Positions 30,650 to 40,021 of a DNA stretch of 64,000 nt are shown here, piece after piece. How positions within the stretch are numbered: position 1 is the first letter of the stretch; each line of letters begins with the position of its first letter. Under the pieces are notes generated by a model. That model had not been told where the DNA came from, did not search any database, and saw only the letters and a list, made by a program, of their open reading frames with translations. A program made the translations under genes and the position numbers. This DNA comes from Candidatus Latescibacterota bacterium (lineage in GTDB: Bacteria > Latescibacterota > UBA2968 > UBA8231), in the NCBI GenBank assembly GCA_965204725.1, contig OZ242005.1:4672001-4736000 (forward strand), given 5' to 3'.

Positions 30650-31699
30650 ATGGGCGAGCGCATTCGCGGCTTTGGCAGCGACAATCACGCCGGAGTCCAT
30701 CCCGAGGTCATGGCGGCCTTACATCGAGTCAACGTGGGGCACGTGCATTCTTATGGGGACGATCCCCACACGGCTGAAGCTGTCGCGCTGTTGCGCGAGG
30801 TGTTGGGGTCGGAGGTAGAGGTTTTCTTTGCGTTCAACGGCACCGGGGCCAATGTTACGGCCCTCGCCGCACTCACGCGCTTTTACGACGCAGTGATCTG
30901 CTCGGACACCGCGCATCTTCACATCGACGAATGCGGTGCCCCCGAACAGGTGGCCGGCGTCAAGCTCCTGCCCGCGCCCGCACCCGACGGCAAGATTGCG
31001 CCCGAGGGAATTGCCGCACACCTTGCGGCTCGCGGCGACGAGCATCAAGTGCGCCCCCGCGTGGTGTCAATTACCCAGTCCACCGAGCTGGGCACTGTTT
31101 ATACGCCCGAGGAAATACGCGCCCTCGCCGACTGCGCCCACGAGCACGGGTTGCTCCTGCATGTCGATGGGGCGCGGATTGCCAACGCAGCCGTGAGCTT
31201 GGGGTTGGAACTGCGGGAAATCACCGGGGATTGCGGGGTTGATGTGCTGTCGTTTGGCGGCACCAAGAACGGCCTGATGCTAGGGGAAGCCGTGGTCTTT
31301 TTTAAGCCGGAGCTAGCCGCGCACTATCGCCGGGCGCGCAAGCAGGGAATGCAGCTCGCGTCTAAGATGCGCTTTGTCGCCGCGCAATTTACGGCCCTGC
31401 TGACCGACGACTTGTGGCGACGGAGTGCCCAGTACGCCAACGATATGGCGCAAGCACTGGCCGAGCGAGTGCGGCCCATTCGCGGGGTAGAGGTGATTTA
31501 CCCGGTGCAGGCCAACGCCGTCTTCGCCCGCTTGCCGGTGGAAGTGATCCCCACTTTGCAACAGGAGTTTTTCTTTTACCCTTGGAATGCCACGCGGGGC
31601 GAGGTGCGCTGGATGACTTCCTTTGACACCCAACTCGAAGACGTGGAAACTTTTGCAGCCCTAATCGAAACCACCATGGCGGAAAGGAGCCTATCGTGA
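30650..31699 (+). CDS. Low-specificity L-threonine aldolase
   Basis: SDNHAG, NGTGAN, HVDGARIANA, SFGGTKNG (PLP lysine). Confidence 0.93.
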   Translation: MGERIRGFGSDNHAGVHPEVMAALHRVNVGHVHSYGDDPHTAEAVALLREVLGSEVEVFFAFNGTGANVTALAALTRFYDAVICSDTAHLHIDECGAPEQVAGVKLLPAPAPDGKIAPEGIAAHLAARGDEHQVRPRVVSITQSTELGTVYTPEEIRALADCAHEHGLLLHVDGARIANAAVSLGLELREITGDCGVDVLSFGGTKNGLMLGEAVVFFKPELAAHYRRARKQGMQLASKMRFVAAQFTALLTDDLWRRSAQYANDMAQALAERVRPIRGVEVIYPVQANAVFARLPVEVIPTLQQEFFFYPWNATRGEVRWMTSFDTQLEDVETFAALIETTMAERSLS

Positions 31700-32541
31700 T
31701 CATCGACACCCATACCCACTTCTACGATCCCACGCGGCCGGAAGGCGTGCCTTGGCCACCGGCCGACAACGAGTTGCTCTACCGCACGGTATTGCCCGCG
31801 CACCACCGCGCTCTGGCCGCGCCCGAAGGAGTGACCGGGACGGTGGTGGTGGAAGCGAGTGCGTGGCTGGCGGACAATCAGTGGATTTTGGATTTGGCCG
31901 CGGCCGACCCTTGGATAGTCGGGCTGGTGGGGCACGTCGATCCCAATCGAGCGGCGTTCAAAGGCGACATCGACCGCCTTGCGGAAAACGCGCTCTTTCG
32001 CGGCATTCGCTGTGGCAGCGGGTATTTTGCCGACTTGGAGGCCGGGTCTTTTCTCGCCGATATGGAGCACCTCGTGGTGCGGGACTTGCAGCTCGACGCG
32101 CTGGTGGGGCCGGCGGACTTGGCCCAAGTGGCCGAACTGGCCCGGCGGCTGCCCGAATTGCGCATCGTCATCAACCACTGCGGCGGGGTCGGGACCGACG
32201 GCGGCGATCCCGACCCGGTGTGGTTGGACGCCATGGCCGAAGCAGCCGAGCAACCGAAGATCTTTATGAAGGTCTCGGCGATCATGGAGCAAAGCAGGGT
32301 AGAGCCGGTCCCGGAAGATTTGGACTTTTATCGCCCGATTCTCGACGCAATGTGGGACGCCTTTGGCGAAGACCGCGTGATCTACGGCAGCAATTGGCCG
32401 GTCAGCGATCGAGCGGGGCGTTTCAAGGCCGCCATCTCCATTGTCAAAGCGTACTTTGGCGAAAAGGACGCGACCGAGAAGTACTTCTGGCAAAACAGCA
32501 AGATCGCGTACAAGTGGCCAGAGCCGGCCGAGCTGCCCTGA
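31696..32541 (+). CDS. Amidohydrolase_2 family protein (sugar lactonase-like)
   Basis: IDTHTHFYD, INHCG, FGEDRVIYGSNWPV. Confidence 0.9.
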   Translation: MIIDTHTHFYDPTRPEGVPWPPADNELLYRTVLPAHHRALAAPEGVTGTVVVEASAWLADNQWILDLAAADPWIVGLVGHVDPNRAAFKGDIDRLAENALFRGIRCGSGYFADLEAGSFLADMEHLVVRDLQLDALVGPADLAQVAELARRLPELRIVINHCGGVGTDGGDPDPVWLDAMAEAAEQPKIFMKVSAIMEQSRVEPVPEDLDFYRPILDAMWDAFGEDRVIYGSNWPVSDRAGRFKAAISIVKAYFGEKDATEKYFWQNSKIAYKWPEPAELP

Positions 32542-32568
32542 TCGTATGCGACTACAGGGAGATTAAGA

Positions 32569-33207
32569 ATGTACGACGAATGGAAGCCCATCTACTCGGC
32601 TTTGGTTACCGACATCATGGACCAACTCGGCTACCGCGATCAGGCCATGACCTCTGATATCCGGCCCAGCCGGGCCGACGCCTTCATCGCGGGTCCGGCC
32701 CTCACCATTGACGCGTACGCCGATACCGACCCGCATCCCGATCCCTACGGCCAGATTTTTGCCGCCTACGATCAAGCTCGCCCCGGCGACGTGTTCGTCA
32801 TTGCCACCAATGGCGAAGAACGCTCCGGCCTCTGGGGCGAGCTCCTCTCCACGGCCGCCCAAGCTCGCGGCGTCGAATCCGTGCTCACCGACGGCTTGGT
32901 CCGCGATGTGCGCCAGATGAACGCCATGGGCTACAACTGCTTCTGCAAGGGGTACTCGCCGCTCGATTCGGCGGGCCGCATCCTCGCCAAAACGATCAAT
33001 CAACCGGTCACCTGCGGCGGGGTGCAGGTTCACCCCGGCGACTTTATCCTAGCCGACTACGATGGCGTGGCCGTGATTCCGGCGGCGATTAAAGGCGAAG
33101 TCAAAGAAAAGGCCATGGAGAAGCTGGCCGGGGAAAACGTCGTGCGCGATGAACTGGCCGCCGGGCAGTCGCCGAGGGCGGTTTTTGATCGGTATGGGAT
33201 ATTGTAA
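32569..33207 (+). CDS. RraA/HMG aldolase family protein
   Basis: WGELLS, DGLVRD, VHPGDFILADYDGVAVIP. Confidence 0.9.
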   Translation: MYDEWKPIYSALVTDIMDQLGYRDQAMTSDIRPSRADAFIAGPALTIDAYADTDPHPDPYGQIFAAYDQARPGDVFVIATNGEERSGLWGELLSTAAQARGVESVLTDGLVRDVRQMNAMGYNCFCKGYSPLDSAGRILAKTINQPVTCGGVQVHPGDFILADYDGVAVIPAAIKGEVKEKAMEKLAGENVVRDELAAGQSPRAVFDRYGIL

Positions 33208-33307
33208 TTGTTGGACGCTCATAGACGACCTCGTGTTTTCATACAACACTGCTTGATAAACTTGGGTCTGTTCAGTATCATAACTATACCTTCCAAAGGA
33301 GAGACTT

Positions 33308-33499
33308 GTGCCGACGCTTTTTACAGCCGTAATAACCAAGAGCGAAGATTTGCCTTTATTCGTCGCTCGCTGTCCCCAAGTGGGCACGGTTAGTCAAGGA
33401 GAGACCGAGGAGGAAGCGTTGAAAAACCTCAAAGAGGCTACCGAGCTATACTTGGAAGAAGTCACAGACTCTTCACATCAGACTCTTCGCCTTGCCTAG
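33308..33499 (+). CDS. Short HicB-family antitoxin
   Basis: VARCPQVGTVSQGETEEEALKNLKEATELYLE; AAAGGAG RBS. Confidence 0.85.
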   Translation: MPTLFTAVITKSEDLPLFVARCPQVGTVSQGETEEEALKNLKEATELYLEEVTDSSHQTLRLA

Positions 33500-33575
33500 C
33501 CTGCCCTCTGGTATCTCGGCTAGAAAAGCCCAACGTGCTCTCGAGCGCTTGGGCTTTCATTTTGTCCGGCAGACT
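33492..33575 (+). pseudogene. Truncated HicA toxin remnant
   Basis: MPSLPSGISARKAQRALERLGFHFVRQ matches the HicA N-terminus, then loses homology where GSH is expected. Confidence 0.7.
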
Positions 33576-33630
33576 TGTTTTAGCGTTAGCAGCGCACGAC
33601 CTAAATTTTTCAAAGCAAAAGGAGATTCTC

Positions 33631-34943
33631 GTGAACCAACCCAAATCCATCGCCCCGGCCACGGGCAAACTCGGCGTCCTAATTCCCGGCATGGGTGCTG
33701 TGGCCACCACGGTTATCGCCGGCGTCGAAGCCATCAGAGCCGGTATCGGCCAGCCCATTGGCTCACTGACCCAGATGGCTACCATCCGCCTAGGCAAGCG
33801 CACTGCGGGCCGCTCGCCACTCATCAAGGACTTTGTGCCTCTGGCCGATCTCGACAGTCTAGTTTTTGGCGGCTGGGATGTCTTTCCAGAGGACGCCTAT
33901 GACTCGGCTGTCCACGCCGGCGTCTTGGACGAGAGGCTGCTCGACCAGATCAAGGATCCGCTCAAGGGCGTCAAGCCAATGCCCGCAATTTTCGACCGCA
34001 GTTACGTGCGCCGCCTCGAAGGCTCTAACGTCAAAAGCACCAAGAGCAAGTGGGACGCCGTGTTGGAAGTGCGCGAAGACATCCAGCGCTTCAAGGCGGA
34101 CAACCGCGTCGAGCGGCTGGTGATGATCTGGTGTGGCAGCACTGAGGTTTTCATGCAGCACCACGAAGTACACAACGAGATCGAGAGCCTCGAAAAAGCC
34201 ATTGAGGAAAACCACCCGGCCATTCCCCGAGCATGATCTACGCCTACGCCGCGCTACAGGAAGGCGTGCCCTTTCTTAACGGCGCGCCGAACTTGACCGT
34301 GGACGTCCCGGCCATGGTCGAATTGGCGCGGCAAAAGGGCGTGCCCATCGGCGGCAAGGACTTCAAGACCGGCCAAACCCTGATGAAGACCCTGCTCGCT
34401 CCCGGTCTCAAAGCGCGGATGCTCGGTGTGCAGGGCTGGTTTTCGACCAACATTTTGGGCAATCGCGACGGCGAGGTGCTCGACGACCCCGACTCATTTA
34501 AGACCAAGGAAGTCAGCAAGCTCGACGTGCTAGAGTTTATCTTGCAGCCCAACCTCTACCCCCAACTCTACGGCGATATTTACCACAAAGTGCGTATCAA
34601 CTACTACCCGCCGCGCGGCGACGAGAAAGAGGGTTGGGACAACATCGACATCTTCGGCTGGCTGGGTATGCCCATGCAGATCAAGGTCGATTTCCTCTGC
34701 CGCGATTCGATTCTCGCCGCGCCGCTGGTCTTGGATTTGGTGCTGTTTGCCGACTTGGCGCAGCGAGCGCAGATGGCGGGGATCCAAGAGTGGCTCTCGT
34801 TTTACTTCAAAAGCCCGATGACCGCGCCCGACCTCTACCCCGAACACGATCTCTTCATTCAGCTAATGAAGCTCAAGAATACGCTGCGCTTCTTGCGGGG
34901 TGAAGAGCTAATTACCCACTTGGGGCAAGAGTACTACGACTAA
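33631..34943 (+). CDS. ino1: Inositol-3-phosphate synthase, split by a one-base deletion frameshift near 34225-34228 (possible assembly error)
   Basis: GMGAVATT and FGGWD in ORF1; GKDFKTGQT, NILGNRDG, RGDEKEGWD, RDSILAAP, YFKSP in ORF2; one extra C restores HPAIPPSMIYAYA. Confidence 0.9.
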
Positions 34944-35025
34944 GGGTAAAGCCTGGGCGTGGTTATACCCGCCCTTCGCGCGTACCGCCGGCCACCAAAT
35001 GGCTGATATACGCCTGCCAGCACCC

Positions 35026-35841
35026 CTACTCCTTCACAGCACCCGCCGTCAGCCCCTGCGTGAAAAATCGCTGGGTGAAGAGAAAGAACAGCACCGTCGG
35101 CACCAAGGCGATGATTGAGGCCGCTGAAATGTAGCGCCAATTGACCCCAAAGACGCCTTGGAGACTGGCCAATCCCAATTGCAGGGTGTACAGCTCGCGG
35201 CTTTTGAGCACCACGAGCGGCCACAGAAAATCGTTCCACTGGGCCACGAAGGTAAAAGCCGCTTGAGCGGCGAGAGCCGGTTTGACTAGGGGCATCATAA
35301 TGCGCGCATAGATGGTCCACGGGCCGCAGCCGTCGATGCGGGCGGCGTCCTCTAGATCGGTGGGAATGGTGGTGAAGGCTTGGCGCAGGAGAAAGATGCC
35401 AAAGGCATTGACCGCCACCGGCAGGATGACGCCCGCATACGAATCCACGAGGCCCAGCTTCAAGGTGACGATAAAGAGCGGGATTAAGAGGACTTGGAAC
35501 GGCACCATGGTCGTCGCCAATATGCAGTAGAAAATGGCTTGGCGGCCGCGAAAGCGCATGCGGGCGAGGGCGTAACCAGCCAGCGAGCAGCACGCCAAAT
35601 TGAGCAAGACGGTGGCGATGGCAATGTAGAACGTATTGAAGAGGTAGCGCACAAACGGGAGGATGTTCCAAGCCTTGGCGAAGTTGCTCCAGACGATGGG
35701 GTCGGGAATCCACTGCGGAGGATGGGCGAACAGATCGGCCGCCTCGGATTTGAGCGCGGTAGATAGCAGCCAAGCGAAAGGGGCCAGCAAGATCGCGCCG
35801 ACCACACACAGGACCGCGTAGAGCAGAATGCGCTGGACCAT
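35026..35841 (-). CDS. Carbohydrate ABC transporter permease
   Basis: IPTDLEDAARIDG EAA-type motif, WNDFLWP, GLTAGAVK. Confidence 0.93.
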   Translation of the reverse strand: MVQRILLYAVLCVVGAILLAPFAWLLSTALKSEAADLFAHPPQWIPDPIVWSNFAKAWNILPFVRYLFNTFYIAIATVLLNLACCSLAGYALARMRFRGRQAIFYCILATTMVPFQVLLIPLFIVTLKLGLVDSYAGVILPVAVNAFGIFLLRQAFTTIPTDLEDAARIDGCGPWTIYARIMMPLVKPALAAQAAFTFVAQWNDFLWPLVVLKSRELYTLQLGLASLQGVFGVNWRYISAASIIALVPTVLFFLFTQRFFTQGLTAGAVKE

Positions 35842-35842
35842 C

Positions 35843-36763
35843 TCAAGCTCCTCGCCCGGCGAGGCGAAAGTTGAGCAGGGCAAAGACCAATATGACGACC
35901 AGCAAGCAGAGCGAAACGGCCGCGGCGTACCCTACTTCGAGGTATTTGAATCCGAGCGTGTAGATGTAATAGGCCAACAAGTTGGTGCGGTGAAAGGGGC
36001 CGCCGCCGGTCATCACGTACACTTCGCCGAAGGTGCGCAAGGCCGCAATGGTGGCGATGATGGAGACCACGAGGGTGTAGGGCTTTATCGTCGGGATGAT
36101 GACGTGGTACACGACCTGCCACCAACCGGCTCCATCGACGCGGGCCGCTTCTTTGAGCGGGGCCGGGATGCCCTGCAAGCCAGCCAAATAGATGATCATG
36201 TAGTACGGCGCAGCCTTCCACACGGTGACCATGCCCACGGCAAACAGGGCAAGCGCCGGCTCGGTCAACCACGCAGTTTCGATCTCCACGCCCAGCAGGC
36301 CCAAGAACACCTCGGGGACGCCGCGCACATCGGCCAGCCACGACGGGCCGCTGACGCCCAGCCCCTTGAGGAAGGCGTTGAGCAGGCCGTCGGCGTTGTA
36401 GAGCCACTTCCAGACGATGCCAGCGACGACGATGGAGGTGACGACCGGAATGTAGTACAGGGTGCGAAACACTTTGATCAGCCGCAACGAGTTGTCGAGC
36501 AGGAGCGCCATGAAAAACGAGAGCACGACGAGCGCGGGCACGACGATGATCGCGTAGAGCAGGGTATTGGCCAAGACCCGCCAAAACAACTCATCGCCCC
36601 AAGCGCGGCGAAAATTGTCGAGGCCGACAAAGGTTGGCGGCGAGAAGATGTTATAGCGGTGCAGGCTGAGATAGAGCGTGTCGAGCAAGGGATAGGCGAA
36701 AAACAGGACCAGGAGCAACAGCCCGGGGGCGACAAAGCAATAAGGTGCGTAGCGTCCGTACAT
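35843..36763 (-). CDS. Carbohydrate ABC transporter permease
   Basis: FVGLDNF, LAGLQGIP..LKEAARVDGA, MTGGGP. Confidence 0.93.
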   Translation of the reverse strand: MYGRYAPYCFVAPGLLLLVLFFAYPLLDTLYLSLHRYNIFSPPTFVGLDNFRRAWGDELFWRVLANTLLYAIIVVPALVVLSFFMALLLDNSLRLIKVFRTLYYIPVVTSIVVAGIVWKWLYNADGLLNAFLKGLGVSGPSWLADVRGVPEVFLGLLGVEIETAWLTEPALALFAVGMVTVWKAAPYYMIIYLAGLQGIPAPLKEAARVDGAGWWQVVYHVIIPTIKPYTLVVSIIATIAALRTFGEVYVMTGGGPFHRTNLLAYYIYTLGFKYLEVGYAAAVSLCLLVVILVFALLNFRLAGRGA

Positions 36764-36773
36764 GGTTAAGGCT

Positions 36774-38042
36774 CTATTCGGGTTGGTCAGCGGCAAAGCG
36801 CAACAGGTGGTTCCACTTGGACTCAATGCGGCTCAGGGCCGCGGCCGCGCTCTGCTGACCAGCCAATGCTTTGGCGAACTCCTCGTGGAGGATGTCCTCC
36901 ATCCGGCTCCAGCCCTCGACGTCGGGTGGGGCCATGACAAAGGAGTGGGCGAGGTTGGCCGCGGAAAGCTGGTTGGCCGCGTCGGCCAGCGTGGTGGGTG
37001 GGCGGCGAAAATAGGGATCGGCGGCCGCAGCCACGGTTGAGGGCAAAATCGCGACTCGGCGGCAGAATTCGAGTTGGTTGGCGTCGTTGGTGACAAACAG
37101 CCCTAAGTCAACGGCTTCCTCTACGTGCGGCGAGGCTTTGGGCACGACCAAGACTTGGTTGGTGGCCGGCACTTGGCCGAGGCGGCCCCGCGGCATGGGT
37201 GCTGGGACCGCCTTTTTGGCAAAGGAGTCGTCGAAGTAGCGGGTGATCCACCCGCCGGAAAAGGGCAGCATGGCGGCCCGCCCCTCGATGAACCAATTGA
37301 CCTCGTCGCGGTGGGCCGCAGCGAGTGCTTCGGGCGGCACGATCCCTTGCTGATAGGCGTCGATCCACTTTTGCAAGATGGCCTCGGCCTCGGGGTGGTT
37401 GATGCGGGTGCGGCGGGCGTTGGGAACGAAGAGCGGCCAAAATCCATCTAGGCGCAACAGGGTCCAAGGCGGGGCTATGAGCGAGGGATGCAGCCGCCAA
37501 GAGACGCCGTATTTGCCGGTGCGCTCGCGGATTTGGCGGCCCATGGCGAGCATCTCGTCGATGGTCGCTGGCGGGTGCTCGGGGTCGAGGCCGGCTTGGG
37601 CGAAGAGGTCTTTGTTGTACCAGAGCATGGTGACGCCGGCGTACCACGGGATGGCGTAGTTGCGGCCTTGGAAGTAGCCGATGCCGCGCCAGAAGGTGGC
37701 GAGCCGTTTGGCCTTTTCGGCCGGCGCGACCGCCTCGTCCATATCGACGAGGATGTCGTATTGCAGGAAGCGGGGCAGGTCGTAGATGTTGGCCAAGTCA
37801 GGGGGCGCGTCGCCGACCAAGGCGGCGAGGAATTTTTCGGCCACTTCGCCGCCGCTGACATCCACCCACTTGACTTTTACGCCGGGACGCGCCTGCTCGT
37901 ACTCGGCGATCATGCCCAAGATGTAGTCGGCGAACGCATCGCCGAGGGCAATGGTCCAGAACTCGAGGGTGACCGGGGCGTCTTGGCGCGGCTCAGGGCC
38001 GCAGGACGAAAGGCCGAGGAGGAGGCAGAGGGCTAAGGGCAT
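36774..38042 (-). CDS. Sugar ABC transporter substrate-binding lipoprotein
   Basis: Lipobox LSSC; YAIPW, LWYNKDLFAQAGLD...PP. Confidence 0.9.
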   Translation of the reverse strand: MPLALCLLLGLSSCGPEPRQDAPVTLEFWTIALGDAFADYILGMIAEYEQARPGVKVKWVDVSGGEVAEKFLAALVGDAPPDLANIYDLPRFLQYDILVDMDEAVAPAEKAKRLATFWRGIGYFQGRNYAIPWYAGVTMLWYNKDLFAQAGLDPEHPPATIDEMLAMGRQIRERTGKYGVSWRLHPSLIAPPWTLLRLDGFWPLFVPNARRTRINHPEAEAILQKWIDAYQQGIVPPEALAAAHRDEVNWFIEGRAAMLPFSGGWITRYFDDSFAKKAVPAPMPRGRLGQVPATNQVLVVPKASPHVEEAVDLGLFVTNDANQLEFCRRVAILPSTVAAAADPYFRRPPTTLADAANQLSAANLAHSFVMAPPDVEGWSRMEDILHEEFAKALAGQQSAAAALSRIESKWNHLLRFAADQPE

Positions 38043-38686
38043 TAGCGGCTCTTAAACAGGCTCTTGCGGCCTATCCTGCTGCACAAAGAACACTCGGTCG
38101 GTTGGTGGCCGCGCGCCGGGCAATGCTCGCGGCCGAAGTAGATGATTTGCAGATGCAGGTCGTTCCAGCGCGCTTGGGGGAAGAGACGCTTGCAGTCTCG
38201 TTCCGTCTGCTCAACGCTCTTGCCGCTGGACAGCCCCCAGCGGTAGATCAGCCGATGGATGTGGGTATCCACCGGAAAGGTCGGCACCCCGAAATTCTGG
38301 GCCAAAACGACTTGCGCGGTCTTGTGTCCCACCCCGGGCAGGCGTTCGAGCGCGGCTAGATCGGGTGGGACTTGGCCGCCGTGTTCGGCGAGCAGGATGT
38401 GCGAGAGTTGCCAGATGGACTTGGACTTGCGCGGGGCCAGCCCGCAGGGGCGAATGATTTGTTCGATCTCCTCCACGACCAGCTCGACCATGCGCTCGGG
38501 CCGGTCGGCGCGCGCAAAGAGCGCCGGCGTTACTTGGTTGACGCGCACATCGGTGCATTGCGCCGAAAGCAACACGGCAATGAGATGCGTGTAGGGATCC
38601 CGGCGTTTGAGCGGGACGGCGGGATTGGGATAGAGCCGCTGGAGTACGTCGAGGACGATCTGAACTTTGGCCGCGGTTGTTGGCAT
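38042..38686 (-). CDS. nth: Endonuclease III
   Basis: LLSAQCTDVRVN, HhH LPGVGHKTA, PVDTHI, C-terminal Cys cluster. Confidence 0.95.
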   Translation of the reverse strand: MPTTAAKVQIVLDVLQRLYPNPAVPLKRRDPYTHLIAVLLSAQCTDVRVNQVTPALFARADRPERMVELVVEEIEQIIRPCGLAPRKSKSIWQLSHILLAEHGGQVPPDLAALERLPGVGHKTAQVVLAQNFGVPTFPVDTHIHRLIYRWGLSSGKSVEQTERDCKRLFPQARWNDLHLQIIYFGREHCPARGHQPTECSLCSRIGRKSLFKSR

Positions 38687-38720
38687 CCTATAGCAATCCT
38701 AAATGACTTGCAAGCATGTA

Positions 38721-38805
38721 GAGATGCTTCGCTACGCTCAGCATGACACACAGACAGCAGCTTCGTGCCCCAGCCCTTGTCATACTGAGCGTAGCGAAGT
38801 ATCTC
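38721..38805. repeat. Inverted pair of REP-like elements
   Basis: 38721-38748 is the reverse complement of TGTCATGCTGAGCGTAGCGAAGCATCTC; 38778-38805 reads TGTCATACTGAGCGTAGCGAAGTATCTC. Confidence 0.85.
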
Positions 38806-38874
38806 ATACCCAACACGCCATGCAGAACATCCCGTATGAAGGATGTAGGACGGCTATATCGCGTCCGCTGCTGC

Positions 38875-40008
38875 TCAAGATGATTTGCTGCTTGCCGCCC
38901 ACTGCTTTTTCATCTCCACCATCTCTTCATTCGGCGCGATTTTCCTGCGGGTGATCTGGCCGTTGGGATCGTGGAGCCAGCGGCCCTGATTGTCGCGGAG
39001 GACGGGCATTCGCTGGGCGACGGTGGGGGGTTCGGCCACGCGGGTGGGTTTGGCCGCGTACCAGTAGGCGACGCTGCTCATCTCGTTACAGAGGTGATTG
39101 CCGTGGCCGTGTTCGATGGTCGCCTTGATTTCCCGCTCAAAGCGAACCGGATTTTCGAGGTGGTGGACGTATGAGGTTTGGTAGCCGTCGGTGTTGTCTT
39201 CGTGAATGGAGGAGCCGTTGCGCAAAAAGGCGTTGTCCTGCATACCCCAAGCCTGATTGAGGTAGTCCTCGCTGCCGGTGCCGTGCAATTCGGGGGGCCA
39301 CTTGTAGCCATCGACCCAGATCATGTCGTCGCCCTCGCCCCACCAAGTGCCTTGGAAGTTGGTGACGCTGATGTTGCAGCCGATGTAGTGCCCGCGGCCT
39401 TGGGTCTCCAAGATGACGTAGTTGTGGTCCCAAGCAGTGTGTTCCTTGTTGGCGATGTTGGCCTCCGGCGCGTTGACGCGGATCTCGGGACCCCAGCCGC
39501 CAAAGGGATTTTCGCGGCGGAACTCCGCGTGGAAGTACCCGGCCTCGTTCGGCACCGCGCCGGTCTCGTAATCAACGTAGAAGTACTGGCGGTGCCGGTC
39601 GCTGCTCTCGTTGACCAGCTCGACGACGGCTCGCTGGCGGAAGGGCATTTGCACGTAGGAGTTGAGGGCGCAGCCGGCATTAAAAACATGGTTGCTGCGC
39701 GTCGAAGCAGAAAAAAGCAGGGACTGGTAGGAGTTGACGAGACCGTGCCCGAGGCCGAAGAAATCGCCCAACGGGCACACCACGCTGGGAAAATCTGCAT
39801 CGTCCCAAGTGATCTTGAGCAAGCACTCTCGGTAGTGATTGGCTTGGGTCAGCCAAAGGTGCGTGATGCGGCCGGGGCCTTTGATGTCGGCGAGGACGGT
39901 GCTCTCGCCGGGTTCGATCCACCAAGCGTCGCTGTTGCGGCCCGTTTCGTCCCAAGACGAGGCGCGCCCGGTCTGGGCGGCGCGGATGTAGGCGAGTTGG
40001 TCGAGCAT
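38875..40008 (-). CDS. DUF2961 / glycoside hydrolase family 172 protein
   Basis: SSWDETGRNSD, GPGRITHLW, PLGDFFG, WWGEGDDMI, GTGSEDY, IEHGH. Confidence 0.92.
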   Translation of the reverse strand: MLDQLAYIRAAQTGRASSWDETGRNSDAWWIEPGESTVLADIKGPGRITHLWLTQANHYRECLLKITWDDADFPSVVCPLGDFFGLGHGLVNSYQSLLFSASTRSNHVFNAGCALNSYVQMPFRQRAVVELVNESSDRHRQYFYVDYETGAVPNEAGYFHAEFRRENPFGGWGPEIRVNAPEANIANKEHTAWDHNYVILETQGRGHYIGCNISVTNFQGTWWGEGDDMIWVDGYKWPPELHGTGSEDYLNQAWGMQDNAFLRNGSSIHEDNTDGYQTSYVHHLENPVRFEREIKATIEHGHGNHLCNEMSSVAYWYAAKPTRVAEPPTVAQRMPVLRDNQGRWLHDPNGQITRRKIAPNEEMVEMKKQWAASSKSS

Positions 40009-40021
40009 GGAGGGCTCCTTT

